DNA of 64,000 nucleotides from Spirochaetia bacterium. Lineage in GTDB: Bacteria > Spirochaetota > Spirochaetia > DSM-27196 > Salinispiraceae. The DNA is taken from NCBI GenBank assembly GCA_038204425.1, contig JBBRCZ010000006.1, forward strand, positions 80,363 through 144,362, read 5' to 3'. The position numbers and the translations under genes are program-made. Under the pieces are notes generated by a model. That model was given only the letters and a program-made list of their open reading frames with translations. It had not been told where the DNA came from and searched no databases. This document shows positions 58,587 through 64,000 of the stretch, piece after piece. Position 1 is the stretch's first letter; each line of letters opens with the position of its first letter.

Positions 58587-59600
58587 GTGAGCACGAAAAA
58601 AAATCCGATTAGGGTGGGCATCTTGGGGACCGGCGGCATAGCACTCAAGATGGCAGAGAGCCTTGCCCACGCCAAGCAGGCTGTTTTGGCAGGCGTAGCC
58701 AGTCGACAGGCTGGCCGTGGTCGCTTGTTTATTGAGCAGCTTAGGTCAGGCAGTCTAAATGCAGGCATGGTACAGGCTTATAATAGCTACCAAGAGCTAC
58801 TTGATGATGACCGTATCGACTTAGTCTATGTGGCAAGCCCTCATCCTTTCCATGCTCAACACGCTTTGCTTGCCCTTAGGGCCAACAAACACATCTTGGT
58901 AGAAAAACCCTTGGCTCTCAATGCAGAGCAAGCTCAAAGCATAATAGTTGAGGCTCGCTCTCGAGGCCTATTTTTGATGGAAGCGATGTGGACACGCTTC
59001 TTGCCTGCCATAGACTATGCTCGCGAGTTAATTTTGGGCGGTTCCTTGGGTGCCTTGCGTAGTATTGAAGCCGACCTAGGCTTTGATTTTCCGTTTGATG
59101 CAAATAATCGATTTTATAATCTCGCCCTCGGTGGAGGGGCCTTGCTGGATCTTGGCATCTATCCGCTCAGCATAGCCAGCTACTTTGCAGGACCAGCACG
59201 CGAAGTGCAGGCGGTGTGTAAGCTCTCACCAAGTGGCGTGGATAGCAGCGATGCGATTAGTGTCTTACACTACAGTGGCGTTGTCTCCAGCTTGTCGTGC
59301 AGCATGGAAGCCCTAAGCGCAGGCTGCGCGCGATTGTATTGTGAGCGTGGAAGTGTGACACTCCAACGTTTGTTTATTGCGGCAAAAGAAGTGACAGTCA
59401 GCCAAGGTTGGGATGGACCCAACGAGACCTTTGATTTTTCCTATCCAGGTCCGGGTTTGCACTTTGAGGTGGATGAGATAGCACATTGTATTGGTTCCGG
59501 ATTGCTGGAAAGCCCAAGGATGCCTTTGGATGAGAGCCTGGCTCTGAGCAGAACAATGGACAAAATATTGGCCAGCGCAGGCGTGAGCTATCCAATCTGA
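58587..59600 (+). CDS. Gfo/Idh/MocA-family oxidoreductase
   Basis: GILGTGGIA, VYVASPH, VEKP, MEAMWTRFLP and GGGALLDLGIY. Confidence 0.9.
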   Translation: MSTKKNPIRVGILGTGGIALKMAESLAHAKQAVLAGVASRQAGRGRLFIEQLRSGSLNAGMVQAYNSYQELLDDDRIDLVYVASPHPFHAQHALLALRANKHILVEKPLALNAEQAQSIIVEARSRGLFLMEAMWTRFLPAIDYARELILGGSLGALRSIEADLGFDFPFDANNRFYNLALGGGALLDLGIYPLSIASYFAGPAREVQAVCKLSPSGVDSSDAISVLHYSGVVSSLSCSMEALSAGCARLYCERGSVTLQRLFIAAKEVTVSQGWDGPNETFDFSYPGPGLHFEVDEIAHCIGSGLLESPRMPLDESLALSRTMDKILASAGVSYPI

Positions 59601-60778
59601 TGCAGGGAAGCAGCTATAAAATTGATATTTTATGCAAAGTTGTCGATAACTACGGAGATGCAGGGCTTGTTTGGCGTCTGGCGCGTGCTATAGGCCACGC
59701 ATTTTGCAATAAGCTTGACCCAAGTGCCAGACTTGAGCTGCGCATCTTGTGCGATGATTTAACTGTCCTAAAGCAGCTCGGCGCAGCGGAAGGGGAGCTT
59801 GAGCGTATGCAATTGCGACTTTTTGATTGGCAAACCGAGCACGCACACTTTGACGAGTGCCCTGCAGACTTTGTGATTGAGACTTTTGGCTGCAAGTATC
59901 CCGCCTGGTATGAAGCCCTGCTCTATGACCCTCATAATGACAGACCCCGCAAACTGCTCAATCTCGAATATTTGACGGCTGAGACTTGGGCTGAGGACTA
60001 TCACCTGCTTGCCTCACCAAGCAGGATAGAACGACTCAAGAAAACTTTCTTTATGCCAGGGTTTCGCAAATCACTTGGTGGTCTAATTTTTGACCGAGAC
60101 TATCTTGCCAAGCACAACTACTGGGCCGACCTAAGCAAAGCGGAACGGGCCTTGGCTCGAATCCAACTTATGACACGCTGTGGTATTGCTCCACTGGAAC
60201 AAAGTCTTAGTGCTGATGTTTTTTGGCTATTTGTCTTTAGCTATACTCATGATTATACCGCTTTGCTAGCAGAGCTTGTCTCGTGGGAACAAGCAGTTGT
60301 AGTCGTTTTGGCGGCTGGGCAAGGTTCTGACTCATTCTTAAGTGCCATGCCCGCCCAGGGCGCGGACAAGATACACTGCTTTTGCTTGCCTTTTGTGCCT
60401 CAGCAACTCTTTGACGAGTTGATCTTGGCGGCAGACTTTAACTTGGTGCGTGGCGAAGAAAGTATGTCACGAGCGGCCTTAGCCGGCAAGCCGTTTTTGT
60501 GGCACTGTTACCCCTTGGTTGACGACCAGCATTTAAACAAGGTTGCAGCCTTGGCCGACCAAATTGCCAAACAATCGGATGGTGCAGAAGAACTGGATTG
60601 TTTAAAAAAACTGTGGCTGAGCTTCAATCGCCAGCAGGATAGACAAGAAAATAGTGAGGATTTTGGAATATTGAGTCAGAACTACGCCACCCTTTTGCCA
60701 CTTTTTGAACGTTTTGCGCAAAACTTGCTTGAAAATGGAGATTGTGCTACAAAGCTTGTGGATTTTCTTTGGGACTAA
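59600..60778 (+). CDS. earP: EF-P arginine rhamnosyltransferase
   Basis: CKVVDNYGDAGLVWRLAR, IETFGC, NLEYLTAE.WAE.YH, FFMPGF, NLVRGEES and PFLWHCYP. It is adjacent to efp. Confidence 0.92.
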   Translation: MQGSSYKIDILCKVVDNYGDAGLVWRLARAIGHAFCNKLDPSARLELRILCDDLTVLKQLGAAEGELERMQLRLFDWQTEHAHFDECPADFVIETFGCKYPAWYEALLYDPHNDRPRKLLNLEYLTAETWAEDYHLLASPSRIERLKKTFFMPGFRKSLGGLIFDRDYLAKHNYWADLSKAERALARIQLMTRCGIAPLEQSLSADVFWLFVFSYTHDYTALLAELVSWEQAVVVVLAAGQGSDSFLSAMPAQGADKIHCFCLPFVPQQLFDELILAADFNLVRGEESMSRAALAGKPFLWHCYPLVDDQHLNKVAALADQIAKQSDGAEELDCLKKLWLSFNRQQDRQENSEDFGILSQNYATLLPLFERFAQNLLENGDCATKLVDFLWD

Positions 60779-60839
60779 GCTATATAGTGGCGTTTCAACT
60801 ATTACCTCGCGTTAAGCGAGATCTTTTGGTAGGTATAAT

Positions 60840-61406
60840 ATGGTATTAACATCTGAATTGCGAGTTGGCAGTGTATTTAAGTACAGCAACGAAATAGTAG
60901 TAGTACAGCGCTTAAATGGCAACAAGAGTGGCCGCGGTGCCCAAGTTAGTCGTTTTAGAGTCAAAAATCTTTTGACTGGTCAGACTTCGGACGTTGCCCT
61001 AAATGCTGGGGACAAGTTTGACGAAGTAGATTTGGATCAAAAGTCAGTTAAGCTTTCGTACATCGACGGCGAAAACTATGTCTTTATGGACAATGAAACC
61101 TTTGATCAAATTGAGATTATCAAAGACGATCTTGGCGACAACGCCGGTTACATTATGCCCGAAGATGATATTGACGTGGAAATCACCTTCTACGAAGGCA
61201 AACCGATCGGCATGAAGTTGCCCTTGGCTATCACCAGAACCATCGAATACTGCGAGCCAGGCATTAAGGGTGACACTTCGGGTAAGTCGCTTAAACCTGC
61301 CAAGTTAGACAGTGGAATTGAGATTGGTGTACCACTCTTCTGCGATATTGGCACCAAAATTAAGGTTGATACCCGAGACGGTAGCTTTATGGAGCGCGTC
61401 AAATAA
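60840..61406 (+). CDS. efp: Elongation factor P (Arg32 type)
   Basis: Loop KSGR32G, YVFMDNETFDQ, EPGIKGDT, VPLF and VDTRDG. Confidence 0.96.
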   Translation: MVLTSELRVGSVFKYSNEIVVVQRLNGNKSGRGAQVSRFRVKNLLTGQTSDVALNAGDKFDEVDLDQKSVKLSYIDGENYVFMDNETFDQIEIIKDDLGDNAGYIMPEDDIDVEITFYEGKPIGMKLPLAITRTIEYCEPGIKGDTSGKSLKPAKLDSGIEIGVPLFCDIGTKIKVDTRDGSFMERVK

Positions 61407-61433
61407 TTTAACTTGTAATTGAGCGATACCAGA

Positions 61434-62567
61434 TTAGCGTCGTTCCAGCAAAAATAAATATTCTTCTAGGTGCTTGCTGCGATCTGCCAGATTGCGGCTA
61501 GCACGGTAGGTATTGTAGGGCCGGCTAAACGTTTGCAGCTTGCCGTGTCTTTCTAAAAAAGAACGAATTTGGTCATAGCCAATAAATCCCTCAGAATTAA
61601 ACGAAATCAAGACAAAACGCGCCTTTAGATTCTCAACCAAGTCCTGCAGCTGCCCAAACGCCGCTTGGCGGCGATTGTAAGCTGAGCGCTTCCAATCACT
61701 TGGTATACCCGAGACAGGAGAAACCACACTGGGTTGCTTGTAGTTTAGGATCAGGTTGAGCATAAAATAATTACTACCATAGGGATGCTGATTGTACGGC
61801 GGATCCAGATAAGCAAGATCATGTGGACCCAAAGTGCGAGCAAGCCGATTGGCATCTTGCGAATAGAGTGAGACTTGGCAACTATAGCGACTAAAGACAG
61901 GTAAGTCCAAACTAATCTCACCAAGAATGCGAGCGAGCGCATCTCCCTTGCGGCCACCAAAACTGCCAATTCCAGTCTTTGAGTCTTTGTAAAATCCCTT
62001 AAAAACACCACCGGTATTGGCATGCACCGAAGCCCTCGCCAACAGCGGCGCTAAGAAAAATTTTTGTCGATCCTCAGGCAACTGCGCTATTAGTTGGCGA
62101 GCATTGTCCAAAAAGCGAGCATTGCGGCGGGAGTAGAATGCGCGTTCGCCGAGTTTAATAGCGACGTCATTGCTAGGTGCATAGTTTTGAGCGATTATGC
62201 CCTGCGGTTGGGCTTCTTGCCACGTTAGGTTTAGCAGCTTGCTCTGAAGAAGCTCAAAATCAAGCGCGAGCTCTTGCAATAGTGATCTGTCTGGATTGCT
62301 TAGGTAACAACCGTTGATTGTGCGGGCGTAGTCTTCCAAGTCGTTGGTCATAAGGTGACTGGCATGAGCCTTAAAAAAACGGCTCACTATGCCCGAACCG
62401 GAAAAGGCGTCAAAGATTGAAATTTTGCTCGTACCAAGCTTGAGCTTGACCTGTTGCAATGCCTCACCAATAAAGGGCAGCAAGGCGCGCTTATTGCCTA
62501 AGTAGGTAACTATTTGCTCGGTCAAAAAGCGTGGGTCCTCGGCGATCTCGGTGTTTAAGTGATCCAT
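61434..62567 (-). CDS. N6-adenine DNA methyltransferase (Dam/D12 class), orphan
   Basis: YLGNKR, DAFSGSG, NTGGVFKGF and YLDPPY. The start is placed at ATG 62567. Confidence 0.88.
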   Translation of the reverse strand: MDHLNTEIAEDPRFLTEQIVTYLGNKRALLPFIGEALQQVKLKLGTSKISIFDAFSGSGIVSRFFKAHASHLMTNDLEDYARTINGCYLSNPDRSLLQELALDFELLQSKLLNLTWQEAQPQGIIAQNYAPSNDVAIKLGERAFYSRRNARFLDNARQLIAQLPEDRQKFFLAPLLARASVHANTGGVFKGFYKDSKTGIGSFGGRKGDALARILGEISLDLPVFSRYSCQVSLYSQDANRLARTLGPHDLAYLDPPYNQHPYGSNYFMLNLILNYKQPSVVSPVSGIPSDWKRSAYNRRQAAFGQLQDLVENLKARFVLISFNSEGFIGYDQIRSFLERHGKLQTFSRPYNTYRASRNLADRSKHLEEYLFLLERR

Positions 62568-62569
62568 GT

Positions 62570-63571
62570 CTATAGTAAGCCTTCGTCGACCAGCACTTGG
62601 TGTTGCGATCGCAGATCTTCTAGCTCTTTGAGCCAAAAAGCACGGCTGCTCCAGTCGCCAAACATAGTCAAAAAACCTAGGTCTTGGCGTTGTGCTGCAC
62701 ACCATGCCAAATAGTGGATCATGCGCATAAAGCGCAATACTTCAATCAATTCAAGGCTGGCTTGGTCAAAAGCCGCAAACTCACTATAGGCCGCGATTAG
62801 CCAGGACAATTCCTGTGGGCTATCGGCTTTGCGTCCAGGTAATAACAGCCACAGATCTTGCACGGCGGGCCCGTTGGCCATATCGTCAAAGTCTATCAAG
62901 AGTAGACCTTCACTGCCGCGCTCAAGCAGGTTGCCTCGGTGACAATCACCGTGCAGGCGCTGGCTGGGGTACTTTTCAAACAGATACGCTGTCTGGTGGC
63001 AGATTTGTTGTCCAAGAGAAAGGAAGTCTACTTCAAAATCTGGGTGAATTAGGCCTGCCTGCCCAAGCTCATCGAGCTGTACCAAGGTGCTCTTAAGTGG
63101 GTGTATAGAAGGCCGAGAACTGTCGCTCTTTGAGCGGGCTACCATGTGCATACGACCCACCAGACTGCCCAGCCTCTGCCAGTCTTCTTGCCGCTCAGCA
63201 TCAAAACTACGGCCACTTTTGCGGGGATATAAAGCGGCAAAGAAGCTGGCGCTTTGTGTGCCAGACTCAAGTTCAAACTCGAGCAAGGTTTCGCCTTCCA
63301 AATCTGCCAATGGCAGGATTACCGGCAGATCGGCTTGGAAACATTGGCCAACAAAGGCTTGTTCGGCGAGTAGTTGCCGAGCTGTCCAGCGGCCAGGTCG
63401 GAAGACCTTAAAAACCAACTTGTTACCGTCTTCGTCACAAAGACCATAAACTCGGTTGATATAACTTGTGAAGCGCTCTATCGAACCGTCCAGTCGCAGG
63501 CCGTAGAGGCTCTCGACGGTCGCCAGCACACTATGGGGATCAAGCAAGTCAAAGGTGTGCAATATTTCCAT
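62570..63571 (-). CDS. srkA: Stress response kinase SrkA/RdoA (YihE)
   Basis: SYINRVY, KVFRPGRW, LHGDCHRGN, DFDD and GPAVQDLW. Confidence 0.88.
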   Translation of the reverse strand: MEILHTFDLLDPHSVLATVESLYGLRLDGSIERFTSYINRVYGLCDEDGNKLVFKVFRPGRWTARQLLAEQAFVGQCFQADLPVILPLADLEGETLLEFELESGTQSASFFAALYPRKSGRSFDAERQEDWQRLGSLVGRMHMVARSKSDSSRPSIHPLKSTLVQLDELGQAGLIHPDFEVDFLSLGQQICHQTAYLFEKYPSQRLHGDCHRGNLLERGSEGLLLIDFDDMANGPAVQDLWLLLPGRKADSPQELSWLIAAYSEFAAFDQASLELIEVLRFMRMIHYLAWCAAQRQDLGFLTMFGDWSSRAFWLKELEDLRSQHQVLVDEGLL

Positions 63572-63861
63572 GATAAAGAGTATAGCTAATAATTTGCCAC
63601 TTGTCGTCTTTTGTTAGACTAGTGCGCAATCGTTTGTCGCAACAGTTTTTCTGGACCTGTCCGGTGGCGAACATTATCCACTAAAAAAATTTGGGTATTA
63701 TGAAAACCCATATAAAGAACCGCACGTATAACAATGATTTTAACTTGACTCATCTTCGGTTGGTAAGTTAAATCAATGTTGGGCTGACGCTGCGCGCACA
63801 AAGAACAGCAATAAAAGAAAAAACGGTTTATAATGCACTGTCTACATACAAGGAGATTACA

Positions 63862-64000
63862 ATGAGAACAAAGATCTTCGGATTAATCGCAGCAATTACA
63901 GCAAGCCTGTTGTTACTTGGATGCCCTAACCCAGTCACCCCAACGCCCGATCCAATCGCCTCAACGATAGTCTTTGCTGACGGTGCAACGGTATCGAAGA
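63862..64000 (+). CDS. Lipoprotein, N-terminal fragment (runs off the window)
   Basis: AAGGAG ribosome-binding site and MRTKIFGLIAAITASLLLLGCPNP (lipobox LLGC). Confidence 0.75.
   Translation, partial: MRTKIFGLIAAITASLLLLGCPNPVTPTPDPIASTIVFADGATVSK

Noticed and set aside
63619..63801. 60-aa ORF in the AT-rich gap
   Set aside because: No ribosome-binding site or motif; this is more likely the divergent promoter region.
1..64000. rRNA, tRNA, transposase, integrase or prophage genes
   Set aside because: None recognised by eye. tRNAscan-SE and cmscan would be needed to exclude small RNAs fully.

Overview
This is a gene-dense bacterial chromosome segment, most likely from a free-living Spirochaetota member. 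The assignment is inferred from an FlcA-like flagellar collar protein, a DUF5312-like protein, a UPF0158-like protein and spirochaetal lipoproteins; no database search was run. It is mostly housekeeping: pyrF-pyrE fusion, trxB, ilvE, ssb, a complete trpE-trpGD-trpCF-trpB-trpA operon, hom, cheR/cheD, creD with a two-component system, ogt, hflX, pfkA, earP-efp and srkA. I saw no rRNA, tRNA, CRISPR array or mobile element. The most notable items are: (1) a full-length prolyl-tRNA synthetase paralogue with both catalytic and editing residues substituted, coupled to a UPF0158-GNAT gene; (2) an unannotated ~240-nt structured transcript with its own promoter, terminator and two coupled mini-ORFs upstream of a beta-barrel outer-membrane gene; (3) a SiaABC/slr1658-slr1659-like partner-switch operon containing a chemoreceptor-like gene; (4) a WWW trp leader peptide and attenuator missed by the ORF track; (5) four phased cre-tag-like repeats upstream of creD; (6) recurrent leaderless promoter geometry.
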